Shown here one piece after another: positions 12,766 to 25,493 of a stretch of 64,000 bases of DNA. This DNA is from Octopus sinensis (Eukaryota): the NCBI RefSeq assembly GCF_006345805.1, contig NC_043012.1, forward strand, positions 21,638,001 to 21,702,000. The letters run 5' to 3'. Numbering within the stretch: the first letter of the stretch is position 1; every line of letters starts with the position of its first letter. The translations under genes and the position numbers were made by a program. The notes beneath the pieces were generated by a model. The model was not told where the DNA came from and did not search any database. It worked only from the letters and a program-made list of their open reading frames with translations.

Positions 12766-13789
12766 TCAATTCGTTTAGTGAGTGCTCTCTGGGGTGATTC
12801 AATCCTCGAGATGTTTTGTCTACTTTTCTACTTTTGAATATCTTAGTAGAAGACACTTGCCCAAGGTGCCACGCAGTGCGACTGAACCCAGAACCTTGTG
12901 GTTGGGAAGCAAGCTTCTTACCACACAGCAAAGTATAAAAAAAAAGAATCGTTTAAATATTTTGTATATTGTAGAAATATATTTAATTTCTTGCTCTTAA
13001 ACTTTAACAACAAAATCTTATATTCACCCCCACCAAGGGTCATATAAACCCCGATAACTTAAACTTGCTAGAAATACCAACCAAACCTCCCTCAAGCCAT
13101 AGTTTATCGTCTTCAAAAAACATGGTATGTCTTAATGTAAACCGAACGCTTTTGTTTGTAGATCTACAAGGTCAGGACTGGCTGGAAAGTTAAACAATCC
13201 CACCAACAGCAACTGCAGCAGCAATATGTAAATATACTCCAGGATATCGATTTTTTTATTTAATTTTGCGATCAATGAAGTAGCAAATAACGATATCGAT
13301 TTTAAAGAGTCCAACCTTCTTGTCTCAACAAGATCGTAAAAAGTATGAAGATGTGAACATCTTCTAATGCTTTATTGTTAAGCCCCGAATCAGTCGAGTG
13401 GATCAAATCTATGATTGAAGACATTCCAATTGTGACCATCCCATATTTTTTTCCAAACACACTGTAATTTAGACAAAATTTGTTTTTTTTTTTACTTTTT
13501 TTGAGACAACAAAAAGTGGTTCGACAATGTCGGAACACCGGTGTCCCATGATTCCTTGCACTGCTGAATAGAACGTGTTAGCTAATCGTCGTAAAGGAGA
13601 AACAGTTCTCTTGTGAGGAAACTCAACAACAGCGACTGGCATATTTGCGTTCAAATGAGCCGGAACGTACTAAGAATAAATATGCATGTCGTTTTTTAAT
13701 TTTCACTGTAAGAAATCCGTCGTAAGTGTGTGTGTATGTGTGAGTGTGTGTGTCTGTCTGTCTGTCTATCTGTCTGTGCGTGCGCGCGC

Positions 13790-14005
13790 GTGTTTGTTCC
13801 CCACCACCACCACCATCACCGCTTGACAACCGGTGTTATTGGTATGTTTATGTCCCCGCAACTTAGAGGTTAGGCAAAAGTGACCAACAGAATAAGTACT
13901 CGGCTTTAAAAAAATCAGCTCTGGGGTGGATTTGTTCAACTCAAAAACCTTCAAGGCGGTGCCCCAGCATGGCCGCAGTTAAATAACTGAAACAAGTAAA
14001 AAGAT
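13790..14005 (+). mobile_element. SINE family C, 3' module
   Basis: GCTTGACAACCGGTG...AGAATAAGTACT...GGCGGTGCCCCAGCATGGCCGCAG...GAAACAAGTAAAAG, downstream of a TG run. Confidence 0.8.
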
Positions 14006-14017
14006 ATATATATATTT

Positions 14018-14055
<38 letters not shown>

Positions 14056-14889
14056 TATCAGTGATCGGCAGAAATTACAGTGACTCGAGGGCCGACGGTT
14101 TCGTGCCATCGCATGAAATTCACAACACTGGAGTCACTCTGCTACTTCTGTCGATTATTAATAAAAATAAACGTATATCTACTCATATTTTGAGTTTATT
14201 TTTCTTGTTTGCACACCAAATGTGTGTGTGTGTGTGTACATACATATATGGTATATATACATTTCTGTGAATATATTACATAATTCGATTCATCTCATTT
14301 TCATCACTTCATCTCTTACATTTCATTCAACTGTAAATAATCAAAATTTCAATCAAATATATAACAATAAGCTAACCTAGATATGACAACTGTTGCCTGA
14401 CGACCGCGCTTGGTTAAGTGATTGTTGTGTTAAGAGCGTCGCTTCGCAACCATATGATTTCGGGTTCAATCTTATCAAGCTGTACTGAGCACAACTGCAT
14501 TGTAACCATAGCCCCGAAATCGATCAATACCATGTGAATAGAGTTTGGTGGAAGGGAGCTACGCAAATACCCACTCAAAATACACACACACAAATGCACA
14601 CACACTCACAAACGCACAAACAGAAACGCACACGCACAAATGCACACACGCCCAAACGCGCCCACACATATACAAGGTGGGCCAAAAATCCCATACAAAA
14701 TAAGTTCAATAGGCTCCAGAATTGTCAAAGACATGTTTCAGCTTTTCTAAAATTCAATAAAATAAATAAAACAAGAGCACGCAGAGCGCGCAAACCTCCA
14801 CCAAGGCAACACGAACGTCCTCTCAACGATTGGCCAGAGATGATTTTTAAAATGAGAATATCTGAAATAAACTCGACTGCTCTCACAAA

Positions 14890-15152
14890 CGAGAATACTA
14901 AAAGTGAACCCGACCGCTCTCAAAAATTAAGTAAAAAACAGGAAAAATTATCCAGAATCCTTGTCCGGTACCGGATCGATCCCAAAATCTAATCAGTTCA
15001 TGTCAGTCATGAGGCCAAACATCCCTGAATGCTTCATCTGAATCCATTCAGCAGTTCTTAAGATATCCTGTCCACGGACAAACAAACAAACAAACGAACA
15101 AACAAATACGACTGAACACAATACCTCCACATTCGCTAAGGCGGAGTTAATA
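14890..15152. mobile_element. Possible non-autonomous Helentron/HINE-like element end
   Basis: (ACAA)n microsatellite followed by the terminal hairpin CTCC..TTCGCTAAGGCGGAG-TTAAT; family assignment is by resemblance only. Confidence 0.35.
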
Positions 15153-15184
15153 AAGAGGATTACACATGTACATGTACATGATGA

Positions 15185-16295
15185 ACAAAGTGGATTCAGT
15201 TGACAGCCGGATCCGTCCTACAAACGACAGCAGGTGTTCGACATAATCCACAAGTTAGCAATGCTCAGGTACGTGCAGAAGTTTCGTCGCTCTGCGTGCA
15301 CCTCGGGCAAGCCTGGCTGACGGCACTTCCATACCTGTAGAGTTTATCCTGAACCATCAAGGATCCCCAGTAGCACTGCCGGGCCAGGGATTTCTAAAAG
15401 TTATCCATGGGTCCCAGCACTAAAGTGCTCCGGAACAGACCAGCCAAGTCATTCTCATCGACGCCCAGAGTCTCCCTTATATAGTCGTTGCACTTGCCTG
15501 CACTAACCCTCTAAAGAAAACCTGAGTGGAAATTCCACCGACCGCATTGCCCGACTGACGGAGGACTGTGAGCGCCTGACGACACAATAGGTGCCAGGCG
15601 CCCTGCCTCGGTCTCCACTTGATTCAGGACTGCAGCTCAGACAAAGAGACGAGCTATAGGAAATCGTGTCTGACGAACGGCGACCACGCCTGTTCACCGT
15701 CTAAGAAGCACTGGAGATTCGCAGCCTCAGTTCATGTCTGCGCAACAGCAGCATCCACTGTATGCCCAGCCCTCCATTCAGCGAGTGTTGACAGCAAATA
15801 GAGCGCCTAGCAAGCGGAATGCGCCCCTCCACAGAAAGCGGAAAAGTACGTGAACTAGGGCAAGGCACGACGGTCAGGTGATAATATATGACGAAGGCGA
15901 TGTAGGCATTTGGCACCTCTGTCCGACCTTTCAGGATCAGTTTTTTTCTCAGGCTTTTTCTAGCCGAGACTGGTCACTCTGCTCGTCACCTCGTCCCAGT
16001 TCTTCTCCACTGGGAGATCTAGACCAAACCAAACGCCGAGCAATTTGACCGGTCTCTCCGGCTTGTGTCCCACAACGTTATTGGACATGGACTTGCCTCA
16101 CCAGGTGCCGAGCTGCAGACCCACTGGCTTTTCTTGATTAATTTTTGCTCCTGTTGTCTTGAATTCTTTTAGAGCAGTACCGACCAGGTCTATGTGCCTT
16201 CTGGTCGACACTATGACGGTGACGTCGTCTGCGTATGCTAACACGGTTCTCCCACGTTCTAGTTCTCGCGGGTTGCCTTTCAACGCCTCCAATTT
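15185..16295 (-). mobile_element. Tx1/L1-like LINE ORF2 fragment (RT plus C-terminal Cys region)
   Basis: TVLAYADDVTVIV...TGAKINQEK.VGLQLGTW at 16098-16292; the C-terminal region reads DKLYRYGSAVSQACPRCTQSDET; homologous to 52560-53350. Confidence 0.85.
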
Positions 16296-17156
16296 CCGTA
16301 ATAATGGTGGTCTTCATTGTCGAGGTGGTGATGGTGGTGGTTTTCTTGTTTCTGTTTTGTGGTTGTTGTTGTTGTTATCGTTGTTACTATGACTGTTATA
16401 GTTTTATAGCCGATGGCCAAACGTCTTACGTTCTTTCATCGTTTTATTTTGCTGTTCACAGTTCAATATTCGCCAAGTGTTTATTTGTTTATGTAACTGT
16501 AGATTGCTGTCGTTATCTAATTCCGATTGAATAGACCCGTGATCAATACCGTTCTAACGTGACCGTCCTTGTATTTTTAAAGGTATTAAAACTATGTTTT
16601 ATGTTATTTCCTTATTTAAGATGTTAATACGCGATTTAACAGAGGCTTGTTATTTCTAATGGTTCGAATAATCATAGAGAGGTTTCCTGTCAGTAATTAG
16701 ACACGATGGAACTGTTCTAAATGGTTAATAAAGCGCTTGACCGTCTGGTTTCCTTTCGCCTCGATGTATCCAGAATCGATAGAATATCTAAATAAATACA
16801 TTTACACCCGAGTTCAAATTCCGGTCAAGGTTGACTCAACCTTTTATCTCTCTGAACTCAATAAGCTGCAGTCTTTTTTTTTAATTAGTAAAGGGATTGA
16901 TTAAGGTTGTCGACTCAAATATGATGCCTCGGCATAGCCGAAGTCCAATGAATGAAAGCAGCAAAATAAGTTAAAGAATAAAAGACACGATAACAAATGA
17001 CATGTTAACTTCATTGTTGACGTCATGGAAGCGAAGCAGAAGAAAAAACAAAAATGCAATAATTGGTCTGTTGACCAAAGATTTAATGAATGTCTTTTGA
17101 GTTTGCTGTAGACAAAGAAACCAAAACCTTTCTTGGTTTCTCTGCTTTCTGGAATC

Positions 17157-18077
17157 ATGGCAACAACTTTTGGCCCAATACAAGATTTTGCTGCCGGGGG
17201 AATAGCTGGTTGGTCAGGACTATGTGTAGGTCACCCTCTGGATACCTTAAAAGTGAAATTACAAGTAAGTGAAGTCGATATGTTGGGGAATTTGATTCCT
17301 AGTACAACTAAGAAAATGTCGGAAGCTTTCGTTATAATGAACAAAGAAGGAATGATAAATGGACATTTTCGTGGATTTCTCTCGCCCTTTGTGTCATATG
17401 GTTTATTAAATGCCGTTTACTTCGGGGTTTACGGAAACGTACTCACTTTTCTTGATGAGAAAGCAAACGCCACCAGCAGTTTAATGTCAAAGTTCAAGCC
17501 TAACTATTTCAATATATATCTTGCTGGCTGTGCTGGAGGGTTAGCTCAGACAATACCTGGTTGCCCTTTTGAATTAACTAAAGTTGTCTTACAGTCACAA
17601 GTCGGGAATGCACCGGGGCTTAAATATTACAAAGGACCCCTCGAAGCACTTTTTGATATTGTCAGAAAAAACGGCTTAATGGGATGTTATCGAGGTTTCC
17701 TTATTCATAACATACGCGATATTCCGTCATGTGGTGTCTATAGTTTATCGTACGAGTATTTCTGCTATAGATGGAAGAATCATTACCCAAAAGTATCTGG
17801 AGATGTTTTGAACTTCATATCGGGAGGTTTAACTGGAGTAATAAGTTGGTTAATGATATTGCCAATAGATGTGATCAAAAACCGTATTCAAGCAGACTGT
17901 CACAAGAAACTTTACAGAAATAGCTGGCATTGTACCAAAGCTACATATAGAGAAGGAGGCATTCCTCTATTCTTTAAAGGATGGGTTGCCGTATCGATCC
18001 GAGCATTTTTGGTCAACAGCATTACTCTGATGGTCTATTCATACATCAAAAATAATTACCGAAAAAAGCGACATTGA
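17157..18077 (+). CDS. Mitochondrial carrier, SLC25A45/47/48/29-like, single coding exon (306 aa)
   Basis: Three carrier repeats with Px[DE]xx[KR] motifs (PLDTLKVKLQ, PFELTKVVLQ, PIDVIKNRIQ); RD and RAF contact-point motifs; IYLAGCAGG resembles IFLAGCTGG of SLC25A45. First ATG at 17157 is in a strong context (A at -3, G at +4); the track start at 17133 is a TTG. Confidence 0.93.
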   Translation: MATTFGPIQDFAAGGIAGWSGLCVGHPLDTLKVKLQVSEVDMLGNLIPSTTKKMSEAFVIMNKEGMINGHFRGFLSPFVSYGLLNAVYFGVYGNVLTFLDEKANATSSLMSKFKPNYFNIYLAGCAGGLAQTIPGCPFELTKVVLQSQVGNAPGLKYYKGPLEALFDIVRKNGLMGCYRGFLIHNIRDIPSCGVYSLSYEYFCYRWKNHYPKVSGDVLNFISGGLTGVISWLMILPIDVIKNRIQADCHKKLYRNSWHCTKATYREGGIPLFFKGWVAVSIRAFLVNSITLMVYSYIKNNYRKKRH

Positions 18078-18320
18078 CCGCCATATCATATATCCATTCT
18101 TCCAAGTAACAAATACCAGTAAATATATTTGCGAAGAAAATATTCTTCTCTCAAAGATATTTAATGTATATCATTTACAGTAACCGTTTTCAACATTCTA
18201 TGAAACAATTGACAGTTCTCAGATTAAACCGCCAAAGCCCTTTAGGTGAGAAGAAAATCATTTAACAAATCTGTCCAAGCTTTGTATCAATAGTTCTTTG
18301 ATGCATTCAGTCTATTTTAT

Positions 18321-18401
18321 AATAAAAATATAACACCTTACCTCTTCCTCTTAATTTTCCCTGTCTTTTGTACACTGTGTAAGTTATGATCTATTAATAA
18401 A
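18321..18401 (+). promoter_or_regulatory. Candidate polyadenylation signals for the carrier gene
   Basis: AATAAA at 18321-18326 and 18396-18401, followed by T-rich sequence. Confidence 0.45.
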
Positions 18402-18496
18402 TAACATACTATTTTATCGTTCTATCATTGCGTTCTTTCTTTTGCATGTATACATATGTGTGTGTGTATATATATATTATATATATATATATATAT

Positions 18497-18544
<48 letters not shown>

Positions 18545-18555
<11 letters not shown>

Positions 18556-18765
18556 TAATCCAAACATGAAAACATAAAGAGAAAACACAACAACGCGAGA
18601 CGTGGAACAAATATAGTATTATGGACGCTCAGGAAGGAAGGGAAGAAGGAGGGTTTTACGTTTCGAGCGGAGCTCTTCATCAGAAACATAGGAAAAGGAA
18701 AGATCCAGAGAAGGGAAGACGGAAGGAAAAAAATCGCCAACGGTACACACGCAGTCACATTTATA
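18545..18765 (-). mobile_element. Short hammerhead-bearing repeat (family H1) between (TA)n runs
   Basis: About 220 bp non-coding element, homologous to the 10483 and 20295 copies. Confidence 0.85.
18653..18687 (-). ncRNA. Intact minimal type I hammerhead ribozyme
   Basis: GTTT CTGATGA A GAGC-TCC-GCTC GAAA C G T A^AAAC: 4-bp stem I, 4-bp stem II, palindromic ACGT stem III and a GUA site (predicted cut between 18657 and 18656). Confidence 0.8.
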
Positions 18766-18973
18766 TATATATATGGAGATTTTAGGTAAAATTATACTAA
18801 TGTGTCCTTCTAATTTAATTACATTCTATGTCTTTGTGCAGCTGAAGATTGCTCTACATTTTAAATTGATGTAATGAAATGATTGCATTGTTCAATTAAA
18901 TGGAGTCGCATGAAACGATCGTACTGCATTACGTCTGGATATCTTTGTTGCTTATTTTGATATATATATTATA

Positions 18974-19028
<55 letters not shown>

Positions 19029-19246
19029 CGGAAATGGATCTGACGAAAGTAGCATTAATTTTCTTAGGTCGGTCAATTTACTCAGTTGATCAATAGATCA
19101 ATTTTGAGTAAACCTATCAGTAATGTACCCATGATGATTACTGAAAACAACGGTAAGCTGAATTTACTGCAATAAAGGAATTATATATAATGACCATCAA
19201 CACGGTGAGGAGGGGAACAATGACACACACACACACACACACACAC

Positions 19247-19460
19247 ATGCTGAAAAGTTCCTGGCTTTAAGGGTTATCGTGAAAGGTCCGGTTGGATGTC
19301 TAACCTCCGAGTTCTTTAACAGGACTTAGAAAAACTGAAGGACAGTTGCAATAAGTGTGTGAATCTCAGAGGGGAATATGTTCAATAAAATCATAATTAA
19401 TTAATCCTTCTGTATTTTATTTTACCCAAAGCCAGGAAGTTTTCAGCAACCCCGTCGTAT
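19247..19460 (+). mobile_element. Mariner internal-deletion derivative (MITE)
   Basis: TIRs GCTGAAAAGTTCCTGGCTTT and AAAGCCAGGAAGTTTTCAGC; the interior encodes the transposase tail GLRKLKDSCNKCVNLRGEYVQ*; ends ...CGTCGTA. Confidence 0.8.
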
Positions 19461-19472
19461 GTATGTATATAT

Positions 19473-19504
<32 letters not shown>

Positions 19505-19508
<4 letters not shown>

Positions 19509-19817
19509 CTCTTTTACTCTTTTCTTGTTTCAGTCATTTGACTGCGGCCATGCTGGAGCACCGCCTTTAGTCGAGCAAATCGACCCCGGGACTTATTCTT
19601 AGTAAGCCCAGTACTTATTCTCTCGGTCTCTTTTGCCGAACCGCTAAGTGACGGGGATGTAAACACACCAGCATCGGTTGTCAAGCAATGTTAGGGGGAC
19701 AAACAAGACACACACAAACACATACACACCACACCACAGTATAATATATATACTATATACGACAGGCTTCTTTCAGTTTCCGTCTACCAATCCACTCACA
19801 AGGCATGGTCGGCCCGA
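19505..19817 (-). mobile_element. SINE family C (tail, internal microsatellite and part of head)
   Basis: The 3' module is joined via CA/TA repeats to the GGCTTCTTTCAGTTTCCGTCTACCAAATCCACTCACAAGG head module. Confidence 0.85.
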
Positions 19818-20387
19818 TATATATATTACAATATATATATGTGCGTGTGTGTTGAGTATATTATATAATGTGTGTGTGTTGTTTGTGTGTGTGTAAGTAT
19901 GTGTATATATACATACATATATACATTATATATATATATATGGTGTGTTGGTGTGTGTGTGTGTGTGTAGATATATATATGCATGTGCGTGTATATGCAT
20001 ATATATATATATATACACACAAATGAATAAAAACAGGCAACAAATAAATGTCAGCTCATTACAGCTGTTTCTTACGCATTTTTTAATAGAAGAATGCTTT
20101 TCTCTGTGTGCGCAACCTGAATATCCTACTGGATATTTAATCGACCATAGGTAGTGACCACAGGTCTATCCAACCCTTCCTAGTGCATATTCTTTTCAGT
20201 ACCTGATTCTATCAAGAATCCTTATTATTATTACCATATTAATTATTATTATTATTGTTATTATTTTATTATTATTATTCTACTATATATATAGTTACTC
20301 CAAACATGAACAAGAGAAAACAACAACGCGAGGACGCGGAACAAGTATAGTGTTATTGGACGCTCAGGAAAGGAAAGAAGAAGGAGG

Positions 20388-20422
20388 ATTTAACGTTTCG
20401 AGCGGAGCTCTTCGTCAGAAAC
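20388..20422 (-). ncRNA. Minimal type I hammerhead ribozyme (family H1 copy in 20295-20470)
   Basis: GTTT CTGACGA A GAGC-TCC-GCTC GAAA C GTT^AAAT; core intact. Confidence 0.75.
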
Positions 20423-21930
20423 ATAGAAAAAGGAAAGGTCCAAGGAAGGAAGATGAGAAAGAAAATCACCAATATATATATATATATATGATTATATGAT
20501 ATAATATATATATATATATATTATATATACATATATATATATATACATATATATATTCAAACACACACACATACACACACACACGTATGCATGCCCAGAC
20601 ATAAAGTATTTATGTTTATATAACCCAACGTGTCGTTTCTTCCTTTTGAGTTACCGGGTGCGTAACTTGAAGGACAATAACTGCTCTTTCAAGCAGATTG
20701 AATGACCAGGTTAAGGCGCCCTCATTGGCTGGATAGCGGTGCTGTTTTATTATAGCAGCGGGTTTACCAATGCCATAATAGCCAAATGCACTTACCAGCC
20801 TAATAATTAGGTTAATAACAGACTTTGCTTGATAAAAGACCAAGTAAACTAATGATGATTATTTGTTATAGTAAAAGTAAGGTTGTGACGTGGTGGACTA
20901 AATGTCTTTCAGTGTGTAGTATAATTGTTTAATCATTATGTTTCTGATTTTAATATCTTCCTAGAGAAGATCTGAAAATTTGGCTGCAATACCTGATTGC
21001 AGAGAGCTTGCGTTTTGAGATTTTGTTAAAGCAAACAAATATTTCCAGTTAATTATTTTATTACAAATTTATAACTCTGATTGAGTAGAAGTAAAAGCTA
21101 TTTTAATTTAGACTAGTGCTAACACGCTATCTCAAAAATAGCGGTTTGGCTATGACCTGGGATTTCTATATAATGATTATTTTTTTTATTTTTTGAGAAG
21201 GAGCAAGGGGTAAATGACGAAATACATCAAAGATTCGAGAATTACAAACGTAGAGGATTCCACAATACCTACAAACATTTTCTACTTGGTTTTGTTCCAT
21301 ATCAGCCGTTATTAAATAACACCATAATCAAAGCCTTGCGTCCACTCCTGCTTGTGAGTTTACCATCCCTAATGTAGCGTTCATTATCTTAATGTGTGTG
21401 TGTGTGTGTGTGTGCGCGCGCACCTTTGAATATTTGTATACATGTAAGCATATATACGCGCATATGTCACTCTTGCGTCTCGTTTAGATCTAAAGTATAC
21501 TGAGTTTTTAGCCTACTTCATCTACAAAAGAATTTTACCCAAGACGACCACTGCAGCACCTGAATTTTCAATGATATACATACGTTATATCCTCTAGGTA
21601 ACGATTTTAGTCTAGATATGTTTCTGTTGCATAATTTGAATATTTTATTCAGCCCAGCCTCTTCTTTTCGTGTCCAGTGAGTTGTTTATACATAGTTTCC
21701 TTATACTTCAGACCAGCCGACTGTGTACCCTGAGGCTTCTTTATTCTAGGTTTAGCTTCCATGCCTGAAACTTCCTCCCTATTACCCCTGTAGATTCAGC
21801 TATGATAACTAGATAATAGTGGTCCCATAAACAGCATAAATACATATACACCAGCGCGTATATATATATATATATATTATATATTATATATATTATATTA
21901 TATATATATAATATTATATATATATATATA

Positions 21931-22848
21931 CATGTAGAGGTAGGTACGTACATATATGGTGTATATATGCATATGTTTTATTTATTTATTTACTATATGA
22001 CGGAACGCACGCATCCATTTCTAAGTAAGATTGTTCTAATATTAATAATGATGCGCACTCTTAACCTTTCTCTCCTGTCCCTTTCTCAGCCTTCATTCTT
22101 TTGGCTTTCCTTTTCTTCTACCTTACTGCCTCTCCCTCTCTCTCTCTCTCATTCTTCATTCTTTTCTCTAAAACCATTCCCTTTTTTTTATCTCCCTTTC
22201 TCTTACTCCTCCTCCTCCCTCCCGTCGTTGACCCGCGACGAGAACTCTGCTACTGTCTTTCTGTCCTGGCTACCTTCAAGTAGAGTCGGCACTTTCTGTT
22301 GCTCTTTGCCGTTCTCAAAAAATAGCGTTCGTAAAAAATTTTATCTCGTTCGGCTTAACAGCCCTTCTTGTTTGTTAATGTTATTCTCCTTGTCCTGTCT
22401 TTTACTGTTTATATTTTGTACTGTCGTTACTGTCCTGTTTTTGTTATCATTTTTACCCCTCCGCAAAAAATCTCAAATTTTATTTAATTTGATTTTCGCG
22501 GGAAGGATTGTTTCATTAAAGTCATGTATCGCCTTGACCTTCGAAACGTGGAGTAGATGAAACAAAGGCGACTGAAGAAGGGTAATTTTCCTTGTTTTGT
22601 ATGTCCTGTACTCTATTTTTTCATTGTTTAAGAAAAATGTCCATTTCCTTGGTCTTGTGTTTATGTTTTCGTTTCTCATTGTGTTCGACGTTGTTTTTTT
22701 GGTGTCCTTTACCCATATATGCATGTATATATACATGTAGAGGTAGATACGTACATATATGTATGTATATATGCATATGTTTTATTTATTTATTAATTTA
22801 TTATATGACGGAACGCACGCATCCATTTCTAAGTAATATTGTTCTAAA
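21931..22848. repeat. About 110-bp direct repeats bracketing a T-rich segment (period about 800 bp)
   Basis: CATGTAGAGGTAG...GACGGAACGCACGCATCCATTTCTAAGTAA..TTGTTCTAA at 21931-22040 and 22734-22848. Confidence 0.85.
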
Positions 22849-22902
22849 TATATATATATATAATATATATATATTATAATATATATATCGATATATATAT
22901 AT

Positions 22903-22949
<47 letters not shown>

Positions 22950-23117
22950 GCTGGGGCACCGCCTTAAAGGATTTTTAGTCGAATGGATCGACCCCAGTAC
23001 TCTTTTTAAAGCCTTGTACTTATTCTATCGATATTTTTCTGAACTGCTAAGGTAAGGGGACGTAAACACACCAACGCCAGTTGTCAAGTGATGGTGGGGG
23101 ACAAACACACACAAGTA

Positions 23118-23157
<40 letters not shown>

Positions 23158-23490
23158 CACACATATTCGACACATTCTGCCGAGGTCGACTTAACCTTTC
23201 ATCCTCTCGGGGTCGATAAATAAAGTACCAGTTTCGCACTGGGTCGATGTAATCGACTTATTTCCTTTGTCTGTCCTTGTTTGTCCCCTCTGTGTTTAGC
23301 CCCTTGTGGGTAGTAAAGAAATATATATATGTATGTATATATACTATAAGCTTCTTCCAGTTTCTATCTACCAAATCCACTCACTAAGCTTTGGTCAGCC
23401 CATGGCTGTAGCAGAAGACTCTTGACCAAAGTGTCACACAATGAAACTGAACCCACCACCTTGTGGTTGGGAAGCAAATTTCTAACCACC
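22950..23490 (-). mobile_element. SINE family C with a family A SINE fragment (23174-23323, +) nested in its internal (TA)n
   Basis: Order is tail module, TA run, family A 3' half, TA run, head module. Confidence 0.8.
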
Positions 23491-23957
23491 CTTACTTGTA
23501 TGTGTCTATACATATGAATATATGTATACATACGGTGCCAAATTAATATTGATTAGGTTATAAGTTTCGCCTAAAGGTGGAATTTTTATGGCCTGGTTGA
23601 GCAAAGAGTATTTTTGATTCCAGCATTATCAAAAGCACAGGACAATCTCGCAGAGTGTCGACATCACCTTCGCTTCACTCGGGCAGTCACAGGAAGGTTC
23701 TCATCTATATTCATTCCCAACACACACACACACACATACACTGAGTTACCTATCAAACTCTTTTACAAGGAATTGGCTGGTCCAGAGTGACAGCTGTTCA
23801 GTGGAACCGACTTATTTTGATAAGCCTGGTACTTATTCTATCAGTTTGTTCTTATGAAACCAGTAAGTTATGGGGCTCCAAATAAACGAACATCAGTTGT
23901 GAAGCAGTGATGAGGGAGAAACACAAAGGCACACACATAGACTTACATATATACATA

Positions 23958-24935
23958 TACTAGCATTATGACCCGTCGTTGCCGGGTCATAGTGCTAGTG
24001 CATGTACATATGTGTATATATATGTGTGTACATATTACATGTACATCTATATATATACATCTACACATAAAATACAAAATACAAAGTTATATATTGATAT
24101 CGCTAGTGATAACAATACTCAAAATATATAACAGACTGGAATTGTAGGCCCGCCTCTTGCAATTTCGATCAATTGTATCTTTCCCCCATCTTGTATAGAA
24201 GTGTGGCTACAATCCAGCCTACCTCTACTTCTGGGGGGATATTTTTAATTTTTTATCCGGGAGGTTCTACGTCCTAGATATAAAGGTAAAAATAAAATAT
24301 TTCCACTTTGCAAGGTTCGAGTCGAGTACTCCCTTGCACGCTCCGTTGACTCGAACCTTGCTTCTATTGTGGCGAATTTACCGCCTCTAGTTAGATATCT
24401 TTCATAGTCGCACCAAGACACTTTTCGATGGTGCTTTCCTCCAGGTGTTCAAATCTTTTTTTTTCTCTACATTGTATACTTTATAGACAATAGTCTTTTC
24501 TTAATTTATTCCCATTCATGTGAAGCCACTTATTCAAGTTCAAGTCATTGATGTGATTTTATACCAATTGCTATTTTTACTTTTGTTATGTTACGATTAT
24601 ATTATACTTTAATTTGATTTTAATTATTACTTACTACATGTAATTCAATTGTTATTATTTTTTTATTGTTAAGGTGAAAGTACCTGACATAAAATAGAGA
24701 AATGTTTTTGTTTCAGTTTTAACACGTAATACTGAAATAGTGGAGAAGATATGATATTCCTATGGGCTCGCTCTAGGCGAGAAGTTGAACATCTTTTTTT
24801 TTGCCCATGAAACTACATGGACCCTAAGTAAGGCATGTGTAAAATTTGAATGAAATCGGTTGTGTAGTTCTCAAGTTTTAGGGAAACACACAGACAGACA
24901 GACACACATTCTCAGTTTTATATATAGAGAAATAT
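23958..24935 (+). mobile_element. Non-autonomous Helitron/Helentron (HINE/DINE-like) element
   Basis: Starts ACTAGC..GACCCGTCGTTGCCGGG; ends ACAGACAGACACACATTCTCAGTTTTATATATAGA, with a (CAGA)n microsatellite near the 3' end. Confidence 0.6.
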
Positions 24936-25082
24936 AGAATTAATTTCTTTCAGTTTCTGTCTACAAAATCCACTGACAAGGCTTTGTTTGGTCTGAGGCT
25001 ATAGCAGAAGACAAATGCAAGTCACCACACAGTGGGACTGAACCCAGGACCATGTGTTTTGGAACGAAGTTTGTTACCACAC

Positions 25083-25118
<36 letters not shown>

Positions 25119-25493
25119 GGAGGCGCAATGGCCCAGTGGTTAGGGCAGCGGACTCGCGGTCATAGGATCGCGGTTTCGATTCCCAGACTGGGCGTTGTGA
25201 GTGTTTATTGAGCGAAAACACCTAAATCTCCACGAGGCTCCGGCAGGGATGGTGGTGATCCCTGCTGTACTCTTTCACCACAACTTTCTCTCACTCTTAC
25301 TTCCTGTTTCTGTTGTACCTGTATTTCAAAGGGCCGGCCTTGTCACTCTCTGTGTCACGCTGAATATCCCCGAGAACTACGTTAAGGGTACATGTGTCTG
25401 TGGAGTGCTCGGCCACTTACACGTTAATTTCACGAGCAGGCTGTTCCGTTGATTCGGATCAACCGGAACCCTCGTCGTCGTAACCGAAGGGTG

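Noticed and set aside
17133-17156. N-terminal extension from the ORF track
   Set aside because: The track start is TTG; the ATG at 17157 has a strong context and matches the usual carrier length.
22520-22610. Possible type III hammerhead (GTA^TCGCCTT...AAGGCGA CTGAAGA AGG..CCTT)
   Set aside because: The required GAAA and stem III partner are absent (GTTT instead), so it is not called as a ribozyme; it is noted only within the direct-repeat finding.
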